A stretch of DNA of 64,000 nt, taken from contig NC_090375.1 of assembly GCF_036365525.1 (NCBI RefSeq), positions 199,073,864 to 199,137,863 on the forward strand, given 5' to 3'. Below, one piece after another: positions 63,430 to 64,000 of this stretch. Under the pieces are notes generated by a model, which did no database searches, was not told the DNA's origin, and worked only from the letters and a program-made list of their open reading frames with translations. Every line of letters begins with the position of its first letter. The first letter of the stretch is position 1. The DNA is from Heterodontus francisci. Taxonomy: Eukaryota. A program made the translations under genes and the position numbers.

Positions 63430-64000
63430 CATAGAAACATAAGAGCAGGCGTAGGCCATTCAGCCAATCGAACCAGCTCCGACGTTAAATACGACCATGG
63501 CTGATCATCCACTTCAGTGGCTTTTCCCCACATTATCTCCATATCCCCTTATGTCATTGGTATTTAGAAATCGGTCAATCTCTGCTTTAAACATACTCAA
63601 TGACCGAGCTTCTACAGCCCTCTGGGGTAGAGAATTCCAAAGATTCACAACCCTTTGAGTAAAGAAATTTCTCATCATCTCAGTTCTAAGTGGCTTCCCA
63701 CTTATTTTGAAATTGTGTCATGGATTCTAGACTCCCCAACCAGAGGAAATATCTTATCTGCATCTACCTTGTCTATCCCTTTAAGTATTTTGCAGGTTTC
63801 AGTGAGACCACCTCTCATTCTTTGAAACTTTAGGGAATACAGGCTCTGTTTCCCCAATCTCTCTTCATAGGGCAGTCCCACTATCTGGGGAACAAATATG
63901 GTGAACCTTCGTTGCACTCCCACTATGGCAATAATATCTTTCCTAAGGTAAGGGGAAAAAACTGCAGACAGTACTCCATGTACGGTCTAACTAAGGTTCG
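63430..64000 (-). mobile_element. CR1 3' part
   Basis: Minus ORF 63702-63923 (VQRRFT..YEERL). Confidence 0.8.

Overview
Vertebrate DNA, very probably from a shark or other elasmobranch (HE1/V-SINE and Deu-SINE-like repeats, dense CR1 LINEs). The window holds part of an antigen-receptor V-segment array that best fits the T-cell receptor gamma (TRG) locus. Seven V segments lie on the + strand, each with a leader exon, a V exon and a heptamer/23-bp spacer/nonamer recombination signal (RSS). V1, V3, V5, V6 and V7 look intact. V2 is a pseudogene split by a CR1 insertion, and V4 has one in-frame stop. No D, J or C segments were found. Most of the rest is nested, decayed mobile DNA: CR1, RTE and Jockey-group LINEs, three Gmr1-like Gypsy LTR elements, Penelope-like elements carrying minimal hammerhead ribozymes, and SINEs. 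Main leads: (i) paralogs V5 and V7 differ almost only in FR1 and FR3/HV4, while CDR1 and FR2 are identical; (ii) V6 is intact but atypical, lacking the CAxW end and the usual FR2; (iii) a probable ~1.1 kb gene-conversion tract between V5 and V7; (iv) an LTR element inserted in the V7 promoter; (v) a promoter motif shared at about -62/-63. All identities and counts are by eye.
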